DNA from: a virus
Taxonomy: Duplodnaviria; Heunggongvirae; Uroviricota; Caudoviricetes
Virus record (IMG/VR): IMGVR_UViG_2609459794_000002
Span: 1 to 10,524 of that record
Strand: one strand, 5' to 3'
DNA length: 10,524 bases
This document shows, in pieces, positions 1 through 10,003 of this stretch (position 1 is the stretch's first letter; each line of letters starts with the position of its first letter). Below the pieces are notes generated by a model. That model was not told the DNA's origin. It saw only the letters and a list, made by a program, of their open reading frames with translations, and ran no database searches. Made by a program: the position numbers and the translations under genes.

Positions 1-2
1 TG

Positions 3-83
3 GTATTTGGCCTGCTGACGTACCTGACAAACCTTTATTTCAAGATTAAAGAAGATAAGCGCAAGGCTGCGAGAGGTGAATAA
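3..83 (+). CDS. Holin, C-terminal fragment (5' end lies outside the window)
   Basis: Frame-3 translation [26 protein letters not shown] ends at TAA 81-83, overlapping the endolysin ATG (TAATG). The hydrophobic-then-charged tail matches the phage 21 S / DLP12 EssD holin C-terminus as I recall it. Confidence 0.55.
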   Translation, partial: VFGLLTYLTNLYFKIKEDKRKAARGE

Positions 84-580
84 TGCCTCCATCATTACGA
101 AAAGCCGTTGCTGCTGCTATTGGTGGCGGAGCAATTGCTATAGCATCAGTGTTAATCACTGGCTCAAGTGGTAACGATGGTCTGGAGGGTGTCAGCTACA
201 TACCATACAAAGATATTGTTGGTGTATGGACTGTATGTCACGGGCATACAGGAAAAGACATCATGCTCGGTAAAACGTATACCAAAGCAGAATGCAAAGC
301 ACTCTTGAATAAAGACCTTGCCACTGTCGCCAGACAAATTAACCCGTACATCAAAGTCGATATACCGGAAACAACGCGCGGCGCTCTTTACTCGTTCGTC
401 TACAACGTGGGTGCTGGCAATTTCAGAACATCGACGCTTCTTCGCAAAATAAACCAGGGTGATATTAAAGGCGCATGTGATCAGCTACGGCGCTGGACAT
501 ACGCTGGCGGTAATCAATGGAAAGGACTGATGACTCGCCGTGAGATTGAGCGTGAAGTCTGTTTGTGGGGGAAACAATGA
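83..580 (+). CDS. R: SAR endolysin (T4-lysozyme-like muramidase, phage 21 R / RrrD-like)
   Basis: 165 aa with a Gly/Ala-rich weakly hydrophobic N-terminus ([20 protein letters not shown]) typical of a signal-anchor-release domain. The catalytic E-x8-D-x5-T spacing is present ([17 protein letters not shown]). It sits between holin and Rz. Confidence 0.9.
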   Translation: MPPSLRKAVAAAIGGGAIAIASVLITGSSGNDGLEGVSYIPYKDIVGVWTVCHGHTGKDIMLGKTYTKAECKALLNKDLATVARQINPYIKVDIPETTRGALYSFVYNVGAGNFRTSTLLRKINQGDIKGACDQLRRWTYAGGNQWKGLMTRREIEREVCLWGKQ

Positions 581-1035
581 GCAGAGTAACCGCGATTATC
601 TCCGCTCTGGTTATCTGCATCATCGTCTGCCTGTCATTGGCTGTTAATCATTACCGTGATAACGCAATCGCCTACAAGGAGCAGCGCGATAACAAGGCCA
701 GTGAACTGGAGAAGGCGAACGCCACCATCGCTGACATGCGGAAGCGTCAACGTGATGTAGCAGAACTCGACGCAAGATACACAAAGGAGCTTGCTGATGC
801 TAACGCGACTATCGAAAGTCTCCGTGCTGATGTTTCTGCTGGGCGTAAGCGCCTGCAAGTCGCCGCCACCTGTGCAAAGTCAACGACCGGAGCCAGCGGC
901 ATGGGCGATGGAGAAAGCCCAGGACTTACAGCAGATGCTGAACTCAATTATTACCGTCTCCGAAGTGGAATCGACAAGATAACCGCGCAGGTTAACTACC
1001 TGCAGGAATACATCAGGACGCAATGCCTGAAATAA
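577..1035 (+). CDS. Rz: Rz i-spanin
   Basis: ATG 577-579 overlaps the endolysin stop (ATGA); the ORF track starts at GTG 565 but the ATG is more likely. N-terminal TM helix ([20 protein letters not shown]) followed by a coiled-coil-like periplasmic region, in the classic position after R. Confidence 0.85.
   Translation: MSRVTAIISALVICIIVCLSLAVNHYRDNAIAYKEQRDNKASELEKANATIADMRKRQRDVAELDARYTKELADANATIESLRADVSAGRKRLQVAATCAKSTTGASGMGDGESPGLTADAELNYYRLRSGIDKITAQVNYLQEYIRTQCLK
791..982 (+). CDS. Rz1: Rz1 o-spanin lipoprotein, embedded in +1 frame inside Rz
   Basis: Small ORF wholly inside Rz in another frame. Signal peptide with lipobox-like VSAC followed by a proline-rich mature region ([16 protein letters not shown]). 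True start may be the second Met at 797. Confidence 0.7.
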   Translation: MLMLTRLSKVSVLMFLLGVSACKSPPPVQSQRPEPAAWAMEKAQDLQQMLNSIITVSEVESTR

Positions 1036-1068
1036 TTTTTTTGCAAATCACAAAGTCCATTTAATGAG

Positions 1069-1121
1069 CCTCGCGATGCGGGGCTTTTTGCAATAAATGC
1101 GTACCGCAACGCATGTTTTTT
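1069..1121 (+). terminator. Two tandem terminator-like hairpins downstream of Rz
   Basis: Hairpin 1: CCTCGC-GAT-GCGGGG (1069-1083, one G-T wobble) followed by CTTTTT. Hairpin 2: ATGCGT-ACCGCA-ACGCAT (1097-1114, perfect 6-bp stem) followed by GTTTTTT. Confidence 0.4.
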
Positions 1122-1236
1122 ACACCGAACCTGCCCCTTTGGAATGGGCCTTTGAGGATACCAGTTAGTGCTGGCGAGCCTCGGTGGGCTGGTTTCCTGT
1201 GCGGCAAAGGTTCATTTCAAAGAGTAGGTACACGCT

Positions 1237-1734
1237 ATGAAATCATTAACCCTCTTCAATCAAGCAATTCGTATCGGTGAAGATGGCATGATCTGCCTCA
1301 CTGATATGTGGAAAGCCAGTGGTAAAAGTGAATCTGAATCGCCTTACCACTACCTGCGAAACAAGCAGACCAAAGAGTTCTTAGCCGAGCTGGAGAAAAA
1401 CCACGAATCTGTGGTTTTTACTGAGCGCGGTGTACACGGTGGAACATATGGCGGGAAGTTTGTTGCTTACGATTATGCGGCTTGGTTAAACCCCGGATTT
1501 AAATATGCAGCCTATAAAGTCCTGGATGACTACTTCACCGGAGAACTTCAGCATCGCAACAGCTTAAGTGCACAGCTCAATATGAAGTGTCATGAGTTTG
1601 ATCAGAAAAAAGATATGGCGAGCTTCTGCGGACAAGGGCTGGCGGCATGGCGCTATACGAAGCCAGTGTTGGTCGCTGAGATTAACTCCCTGGCTAACCA
1701 GCTGCAGATTACGATCCCCGGGCTTCCGGGATGA
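1237..1734 (+). CDS. KilA-N domain-like protein (phage antirepressor-type DNA-binding domain)
   Basis: 165 aa. The N-terminus IRIGEDGMICLTDMWKASGKSESESPYHYLRNKQTKEFLAELEK fits the KilA-N/APSES pattern (IR..DG...T.m.KA.GK....wlr...t.efl). Upstream AGGT Shine-Dalgarno-like motif. Confidence 0.6.
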   Translation: MKSLTLFNQAIRIGEDGMICLTDMWKASGKSESESPYHYLRNKQTKEFLAELEKNHESVVFTERGVHGGTYGGKFVAYDYAAWLNPGFKYAAYKVLDDYFTGELQHRNSLSAQLNMKCHEFDQKKDMASFCGQGLAAWRYTKPVLVAEINSLANQLQITIPGLPG

Positions 1735-1988
1735 GTGATCGTGTCATTGAATGCGCCTCCAGAGCGGGGCGTGACTTCTCAGAGTTCATGAAAGGTGAGA
1801 AGGGCATGATGGAAGCATTGTCCTCGGTGGATGAGTTTGGCGAGCAGCTGCGCCTCAACGGCTGTGTCAATCATCACTTTGTTAGCTACATGATGCGGAA
1901 CTCGATCATGCAGGCATTCATGGACATGGCAAAAGCCGAGAGGAAAGAAGAGCGCCGGCGTAAGCGAGCGGAAGCAAAAGCGAAGTAG
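1731..1988 (+). CDS. Hypothetical protein, start overlaps the KilA-N stop (ATGA)
   Basis: 85-aa ORF with a strongly charged Lys/Arg/Glu C-terminus. The ATGA overlap suggests translational coupling. No family recognised. Confidence 0.45.
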   Translation: MSDRVIECASRAGRDFSEFMKGEKGMMEALSSVDEFGEQLRLNGCVNHHFVSYMMRNSIMQAFMDMAKAERKEERRRKRAEAKAK

Positions 1989-2274
1989 CCATTACAAAGC
2001 CTATCTACGGGTGGGCTTGATAATGGCTTATACCCTACACGGGATAACTTAACTGATATCCCTTTTAAAGGATAAAGGTATTCAAGCCTGACACATCATG
2101 CGCTGTATCGTCGCCGTATTCCCGTATTAACAGAGACCGTAGCCCGACGGGGAACTCCTTCTGCGCGAGTGTGTGGGAATAATCAAAAACGATGCACACC
2201 GGGGTTACCGGGTACACATATTTCATCATGCCAGCGAGTCCGGTTCTGGCACGGAAGAAACCGGACGTTATGAT

Positions 2275-2685
2275 TTAGTGCGGAAATATTTGTGTAGTGT
2301 TCTGAATGTTCTCAGTAAAGAGTAATGAATTATCAAAGGTATAGTAATACCTTTTGTTTTCGTGGATATTTGTAATCCATCTGAAAACCCCTGCAGTAGC
2401 AAGATTTTTCCTGTATTCGTAAAATGATAACTCTCCTGATTTGAATCCTTTTAAGGTGGCTTCTATAAGGCATTTATTTTTTGAAAATCTTACATTTACA
2501 ACCTTACCCTGTCCTTTTATTAAAACCGTATTATCGTTTTCAAGAACAAGATGAATATTCTCTGTAGCTAAATAGTAAATGTAATGTGAGACATTGTGAC
2601 GTTTTAGTTCAGAATAAAACCAGTGATAGTTTAAATTATTTCGCACTTTATCGAATATTTGTTTAAAAATGGCAACCTGAGCCAT
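2275..2685 (-). CDS. AT-rich hypothetical protein, YdfO/YbcV-like (DUF1398-like, from memory), function unknown
   Basis: Minus-strand ORF. The ORF track starts at 2700, but the Met at 2685 (MAQVAIF...) has a GGAAGG Shine-Dalgarno-like motif about 9 nt upstream, giving 136 aa. The coding DNA is visibly AT-rich (roughly one-third GC by eye) compared with the flanking lambda-like DNA. Confidence 0.65.
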   Translation of the reverse strand: MAQVAIFKQIFDKVRNNLNYHWFYSELKRHNVSHYIYYLATENIHLVLENDNTVLIKGQGKVVNVRFSKNKCLIEATLKGFKSGELSFYEYRKNLATAGVFRWITNIHENKRYYYTFDNSLLFTENIQNTTQIFPH

Positions 2686-2741
2686 TGTAGTACCTTCCAT
2701 GTGATATGAGGGGCGTAGTCTGCACGATTATCTAAATTGCT

Positions 2742-2975
2742 TCAATCTGGTCTGATCTGTTTTCTGAGCAATTCAGTAATGTCACTCTTTTCTTTGTTTG
2801 CTTCAGGAGAAACTCTTTTTTCTGAGCACAGTCTCCGGCGGCAGGCTTCAATGACCCAGGCTGAGAAATTCCCGGACCCTTTTTGATCAAGAGCGATGTT
2901 AATTTGTTCAATCATTTGGTTAGGAAAGCGGATGTTGCGGATTGTTGTTCTGCGGGTTCTGTTCTTCGTTGACAT
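2742..2975 (-). CDS. Small ribbon-helix-helix (Arc/CopG-like) DNA-binding protein, YnfO/YlcI-like
   Basis: 77 aa. TTIRNIRFPNQMIEQINIALDQKGSGNFSAWVIEACRRRL fits a beta-strand / helix / G-x-S turn / helix RHH layout. It lies immediately upstream of, and on the same strand as, the AT-rich 136-aa gene. Confidence 0.6.
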   Translation of the reverse strand: MSTKNRTRRTTIRNIRFPNQMIEQINIALDQKGSGNFSAWVIEACRRRLCSEKRVSPEANKEKSDITELLRKQIRPD

Positions 2976-3119
2976 GAGGTTGTCCCGTATTCAGTGTCGC
3001 TGATTTGTATTGTCTGAAGTTGTTTTTACGTTAAGTTGATGCAGATCAATTAATATGATACCTGCGTCATAATTGATTATTTGACGTGGTTTGATGGCGT
3101 AGATGCACGTTGTGACATG

Positions 3120-3363
3120 CAGATGATAATTATTATCATTTTGCGGGTCCTTTCCGGCGATCCGACAGGTTACGGGGCGGCGACCTCGCGGGTTTTCGCT
3201 ATTTATGAAAATTTTCCGGTTTAAGGCGTTTCCGTTCTTCTTCGCCGTAACTTAATGTTTTTATTTAAAACACCCCCTGAAAAGAAAGGAAACGACAGGT
3301 GCTGAAAACGGGCTTTTTGGCCTCTGTCGTTTCCTTTCTCTGTTTTTGTCCGTGGAATGAACA
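3120..3363. other. cos: Lambda-type cos site (cosQ-cosN-cosB), with the cosN 12-nt cohesive-end sequence GGGCGGCGACCT at 3175-3186
   Basis: The sequence ...GATCCGACAGGTTACG|GGGCGGCGACCT|CGCGGGTTTTCGCTATTTATGAAAATTTTCCGG... matches the lambda right-end/left-end junction as I recall it. Nu1 starts about 190 bp downstream, as in lambda. Confidence 0.8.
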
Positions 3364-3883
3364 ATGGAAGTCAACAAAAAGCAGCTGGCTGACATTTTCG
3401 GTGCGAGTATCCGTACCATTCAGAACTGGCAGGAGCAGGGAATGCCCGTTCTGCGAGGCGGTGGGAAGGGTAATGAGGTGCTTTATGACTCTGCCACCGT
3501 CATAAAATGGTATGCCGAAAGGGATGCTGAAATTGAGAACGAAAAGCTGCGCCGGGAGGTTGAAGAACTGCGGCAGGCCAGCGAGACAGATCTGCAGCCA
3601 GGGACTATTGAGTACGAACGCCATCGACTTACGCGTGCGCAGGCCGACGCACAGGAGCTGAAGAATGCCAGAGACTCCGCTGAAGTGGTGGAAACCGCAT
3701 TCTGTACTTTCGTGCTGTCGCGGATCGCAGGTGAAATTGCCAGTATTCTCGACGGGATCCCCCTGTCGGTGCAGCGGCGTTTTCCGGAACTGGAAAACCG
3801 ACATGTTGATTTCCTGAAACGGGATATCATCAAAGCCATGAACAAAGCAGCCGCGCTGGATGAACTGATACCGGGGTTGCTGA

Positions 3884-3909
<26 letters not shown>
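3364..3909 (+). CDS. nu1: Terminase small subunit Nu1
   Basis: 181 aa, MEVNKKQLADIFGASIRTIQNWQEQGMPVLRGGGKGNEVLYDS..., near-identical to lambda gpNu1 as recalled, with the N-terminal winged-HTH region. Lambda-like overlap with A. Confidence 0.95.
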
Positions 3910-6890
<2,981 letters not shown>

Positions 6891-6966
6891 AACCCTTGCT
6901 GCGTCTGGAATGTCGTTTTCCATGCTTTTGATGACCGTTCATCACCCTTCCAGTTTTTCGCGGTTT

Positions 6967-7020
6967 TGTGTATTGCAATGTGTATTGCAAATTGGCGATC
7001 GGGATGGGTGTGTATTGCAA
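6967..7020 (+). repeat. Three direct copies of TGTGTATTGCAA (6967-6978, 6979-6990, 7009-7020) immediately upstream of the integrase gene
   Basis: Read directly: two perfect tandem 12-mers plus a third copy 18 bp downstream, ending 18 bp before the int ATG. Confidence 0.85.
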
Positions 7021-7038
7021 ATCTCTTGAGGGCTTTTA

Positions 7039-8280
7039 ATGGCTATTGAAAACAAACTCAGTGACAAACTGTTAAAGAGTCTTGTCGGAAAACGGCAGGA
7101 CAAACAAAAAACAATAGCGGATGGGCGCGGGTTGTCTGTGCGTGTAAGCATGGTTGGGGGGATCAGCTTTGTTTTTTACTATCGTCTTGGTGGCAGGGAA
7201 TCCCCTCCGGTATGGCTTACACTTGGTCGCTATCCTGACATGTCTCTTGCAACGGCCAGGCGCATGCGTGATCAGTGCCGTGAATGGCTGGCTGAAAATC
7301 TGGACCCCCGCAGGCAAATAAAACTTGCTGCCGAAAAAACTATGCAACCAGTGACCGTAAGGGATGCGCTGTTTTACTGGTACGACAATCACGCCACAAC
7401 AGCCAGAAAAGAGCATGAATATTTAATAAAACGATTTGAAAAGCATATCTTCCCCTATATCGGTGATATGGCTATAGAACAGTGCAAATTACACACATGG
7501 CTTACCGTCTTTGACAGGATCAAAAAAAATGCGCCTGTTATGTCTGGTGCAATTTTTCTTGATATCAAACAGGCGTTGCGTTTTTGTCGCGTCAGGCAAT
7601 ACATCGCGTGCGATCCCTTTGGAGATATTAACGTAAGTTATGTCGGGCGCTCATCCGGTATAAGGGATCGCGTTCTTAATATCAATGAAACCGCTGATGT
7701 ATGGTCTTATGCTTACGGTAATAATTTGCTAACTCTGTCATCAATATATAACCGAAGAATAATGGTTATCTGCCTGGTGTTTGGTTGCCGACAGCAGGAG
7801 GCGAGGCTATCCACCTGGGACGAATGGGATTTAAAAAACTGGGTATGGACAGTCCCAAAAGAGCACAGCAAAAACAAGGAGGCTATAGTAAGGCCTGTTC
7901 CTGACGGAATAAAACAATGGATCGTTAATCTTTACGCAGAAACAAAAAATCGCGGTTATGTTGTCGGTTGTGCTTTGCAAAGGGCGACAATAACAGGGGC
8001 TGCAAACAGAATATGCAGGCGTCTTGGTCATGATACTAATGGCTTGTGGTGCATACATGATTTCAGGCGCACATTTTCCACTACGCTTAATGATATGGGG
8101 GCGGATCCTTATATTGTCGAACTTCTTTTAGGTCATAAAGTGAAAGGGGTTGCTGGTGTTTACAATAAAAGCAGGCATATAAAGAAAAAACTTGAGGTGC
8201 TTAATATGTGGGTTAATTACCTTAATACGATAGCAGGATTTAACAACAACGTTATCGAGCTTAATAAAGAGGTGGTGTGA
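7039..8280 (+). CDS. int: Tyrosine recombinase / phage integrase (P4-like family)
   Basis: 413 aa. N-terminal arm-binding-like region (IADGRGLSVRV...FVFYYRLGGRE...LTLGRYPDMSLATARRMRDQ...LDP). C-terminal catalytic signatures: IHDFRRT (His-x-x-Arg), LLGH, and a Tyr in GVYNKS. GAGGG Shine-Dalgarno 7 nt upstream. Confidence 0.9.
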   Translation: MAIENKLSDKLLKSLVGKRQDKQKTIADGRGLSVRVSMVGGISFVFYYRLGGRESPPVWLTLGRYPDMSLATARRMRDQCREWLAENLDPRRQIKLAAEKTMQPVTVRDALFYWYDNHATTARKEHEYLIKRFEKHIFPYIGDMAIEQCKLHTWLTVFDRIKKNAPVMSGAIFLDIKQALRFCRVRQYIACDPFGDINVSYVGRSSGIRDRVLNINETADVWSYAYGNNLLTLSSIYNRRIMVICLVFGCRQQEARLSTWDEWDLKNWVWTVPKEHSKNKEAIVRPVPDGIKQWIVNLYAETKNRGYVVGCALQRATITGAANRICRRLGHDTNGLWCIHDFRRTFSTTLNDMGADPYIVELLLGHKVKGVAGVYNKSRHIKKKLEVLNMWVNYLNTIAGFNNNVIELNKEVV

Positions 8281-8281
8281 T

Positions 8282-8539
8282 ATGGCAATTTATTCTCTTG
8301 TTGATGAAAACGATTTGCGCACAATGAAGGACATTGATCGGTTCATTCGTGAAAAAGAGTGCATAGCACTTACCACGCTGGCAAACTCAACACGCTGGAA
8401 AATGGAGCAGGCAGGTAAATTCCCGCGACGTATCAAGATCGGTGAACGTGCTGCAGGGTATCGACTTTCAGAGGTTCAGGCATGGATCCGTGGTGAGTGG
8501 CATCCTGGGTGGAAACCTGGAAAAACAAAACAGCAATAA
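8282..8539 (+). CDS. alpA: AlpA-family transcriptional regulator / excisionase-like protein
   Basis: 85 aa starting 1 nt after the int stop. LANSTRWKMEQAGKFPRRIKIGERAAGYRLSEVQAWIR fits the AlpA / MerR-like excisionase HTH pattern. Confidence 0.75.
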   Translation: MAIYSLVDENDLRTMKDIDRFIREKECIALTTLANSTRWKMEQAGKFPRRIKIGERAAGYRLSEVQAWIRGEWHPGWKPGKTKQQ

Positions 8540-8552
8540 CCAGTAAATAATG

Positions 8553-8575
8553 CCCCTCATCACGAGGGGTTTTTT
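8553..8575 (+). terminator. Rho-independent terminator after alpA
   Basis: Perfect hairpin CCCCTC-ATCAC-GAGGGG (8553-8569) followed by TTTTTT. Confidence 0.7.
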
Positions 8576-8595
8576 GTCTATAAGGTAAAAACGCG

Positions 8596-9174
8596 ATGAA
8601 TAAAAATATTGCCGTGACGGGCAAGGGGTACGCTCGTCCAGTGAAAAAATTCTGCGATATTCGTGATCTCGTCGTTCTGCGCTTTGATAGTGTGAACGTT
8701 CGTGTGGTGTATCTGAACGGCGATCCGTGGTTTGTTGCAAAAGATGTTTGTGCTGCGCTGGAACTAACCAATTCGCGTACGGCGTTGCAGATGCTTGATG
8801 ATGATGAAAAGGGAGTAAATTTAACTTACACCCCAGGAGGAAATCAGAATATGAGAATTATCTCTGAGTCAGGTTTCTACAAACTAATAGCCCGCAGCCG
8901 CAAAGCAACGACGCCTGGCACATTTGCTCATCGTTTCAGTAACTGGGTATTCAGAAATGTGATACCAGGTATCAGAAAAACGGGGACTTATGGTATCCCG
9001 TGGGGTGCATTACAGGTTTTTCCCCGCCGTAAAGAGCAATATCAAATAAGTGCCAGCGAGAAGGGGAGGGAGCTACAGGCATGTAAGCGCAAAAAGCGTG
9101 AGCTGGAGGAAGAAGAAAAAACGCTGATACGTGAATATCAGCCTGAGTTTTACTTTGGTAACCGCATTCAGTGA
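8596..9174 (+). CDS. Bro-N domain protein (phage antirepressor-like)
   Basis: 192 aa. DPWFVAKDVCAALELTNSRTALQMLDDDEKG...RIISESGFYKLIARSRKATTPGTFAHRFSNWVFRNVIPGIRKTGTY fits the Bro-N consensus. The C-terminus is charged and coiled-coil-like (KRKKRELEEEEKTLIRE). Confidence 0.8.
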   Translation: MNKNIAVTGKGYARPVKKFCDIRDLVVLRFDSVNVRVVYLNGDPWFVAKDVCAALELTNSRTALQMLDDDEKGVNLTYTPGGNQNMRIISESGFYKLIARSRKATTPGTFAHRFSNWVFRNVIPGIRKTGTYGIPWGALQVFPRRKEQYQISASEKGRELQACKRKKRELEEEEKTLIREYQPEFYFGNRIQ

Positions 9175-9203
9175 CAAAACAAAGGCGACCGCAAAAGGGT
9201 CGC
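9174..9203 (-). terminator. Terminator-like hairpin between convergent genes, oriented for the minus-strand transcript
   Basis: Perfect 7-bp stem GGCGACC / GGTCGCC with a 7-nt loop (9183-9203). On the minus strand it is followed by TTTGTTTTG. It lies between the Bro-N stop and the stop of the minus-strand 59-aa ORF. Confidence 0.45.
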
Positions 9204-9270
9204 CAGTGGGAACAAGGGAAAACAAAAGCATCACCAACAATGCCACATTTGCGGCTGGTGGGCAATGTGA

Positions 9271-9450
9271 TCAGTCAGATTTGGTTCGTTCCAAGGTTTG
9301 CAACGAGAGCTTTTTCCTGTGCTCTTTAAGGAATTTCTCAAGAGCAAACGAACAAGGTGCGAATCTTTCTGATTCATGTTCATGCGCTATATTTTTGCGT
9401 CGTCTCTTACGAGTTGGTGATGGTGTTTTGGTTGATTCTGTGTCGCTCAT
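9271..9450 (-). CDS. Small highly basic hypothetical protein (59 aa), not in the supplied ORF track
   Basis: Hand translation of the minus strand: MSDTESTKTPSPTRKRRRKNIAHEHESERFAPCSFALEKFLKEHRKKLSLQTLERTKSD. AGGA 8 nt upstream of the ATG. Lies 57 nt downstream of the 101-aa gene on the same strand and is followed by the convergent hairpin. Confidence 0.4.
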   Translation of the reverse strand: MSDTESTKTPSPTRKRRRKNIAHEHESERFAPCSFALEKFLKEHRKKLSLQTLERTKSD

Positions 9451-9507
9451 GGTGCTGTCCTGTAAAGCAATGCGCCTGCGTTCCTCAAACTATGGCGCTG
9501 ATATTGG

Positions 9508-9813
9508 CTATTCATGCTCTTTGACCTTGCGTCGCTGGAGTTCTTCACGCGCGACGGTGACGAGTTGCCCGATCTCCTCGGCTGCTTTGATGCCGATTTG
9601 TTCGACCTTAGCCAGGGCATCCAGTGACGACACAAGGGGATTTTCTCCGCTGCCTTCTGCTTGGCGGCGGGCTATTTCTCCGCGCATGGCGGTTACGATA
9701 AATCCGGCATTGCTTTCACCGTCCAGCTTAACGGATTCCATCCCTTGCATAACATCTAGTGGGACTCTGACAGTTGTCAGTTGTGATTTTGCGTTTTTGT
9801 TAGCCGTTGCCAT
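9508..9813 (-). CDS. Hypothetical regulator with an RHH-like N-terminus (101 aa)
   Basis: GGAG Shine-Dalgarno 9 nt upstream of the ATG. TTVRVPLDVMQGMESVKLDGESNAGFIVTAMRGEIARR resembles a ribbon-helix-helix fold. Transcribed divergently from the operator region. Confidence 0.55.
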   Translation of the reverse strand: MATANKNAKSQLTTVRVPLDVMQGMESVKLDGESNAGFIVTAMRGEIARRQAEGSGENPLVSSLDALAKVEQIGIKAAEEIGQLVTVAREELQRRKVKEHE

Positions 9814-9834
9814 TTCTGAAACTCCTAATCATCG

Positions 9835-9912
9835 GTGTGTTTCAGTATACACAAAAAAAGAAATACAAAAAGCCTTGACGTGTGTTTCATGCGCTCATAA
9901 CATGAAACACAC
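9835..9912. promoter_or_regulatory. Divergent promoter/operator region: perfect 12-bp inverted repeat with 9-bp spacer (9880-9912), a third half-site at 9836-9845, and candidate -35/-10 elements
   Basis: GTGTGTTTCATG (9880-9891) and CATGAAACACAC (9901-9912) form the palindrome. TTGACG (9875-9880) with a 17-bp spacer to TAACAT (9898-9903) is a candidate plus-strand promoter overlapped by the palindrome. The minus strand has a TATACT -10-like hexamer next to the third half-site. Confidence 0.55.
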
Positions 9913-10003
9913 CGAAAGGATTGTTGAAATACAAAGAGCAACGCCCCGCAGTGCTGGGAACACATACGGGGCGTCTAACCAACAACGTAAACTAGGAGCC
10001 GTT

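Noticed and set aside
2065-2229. 54-aa minus-strand ORF (MMKYVYPVTPVCIVFDYSHTLAQKEFPVGLRSLLIREYGDDTAHDVSGLNTFIL) just downstream of the AT-rich 136-aa gene
   Set aside because: No recognisable Shine-Dalgarno motif upstream of its ATG, a hairpin (2241-2270) separates it from the upstream gene, and no family resemblance. Possibly real but unsupported.
3265-3845. Minus-strand ORFs of 179 and 120 aa overlapping cos and Nu1
   Set aside because: They overlap the near-lambda-identical Nu1 gene and the cos site; lambda has no known genes here on this strand.
6967-7020. TGTGTATTGCAA repeats considered as a CRISPR array
   Set aside because: Only three copies of 12 bp, two of them abutting with no spacer; not CRISPR-like. 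Retained instead as candidate integrase or regulator binding sites.
7072-7416. 114-aa minus-strand ORF overlapping the integrase 5' region
   Set aside because: Antisense to the integrase gene, which has strong start signals and conserved catalytic motifs; no independent support.
8433-8771. 112-aa and 90-aa minus-strand ORFs spanning the alpA/Bro-N boundary
   Set aside because: They span the plus-strand terminator after alpA and are antisense to two well-supported plus-strand genes.
9254-9261. Chi site GCTGGTGG on the plus strand
   Set aside because: Chi octamers occur frequently in enterobacterial DNA; a single copy is expected by chance and is not evidence of function here.
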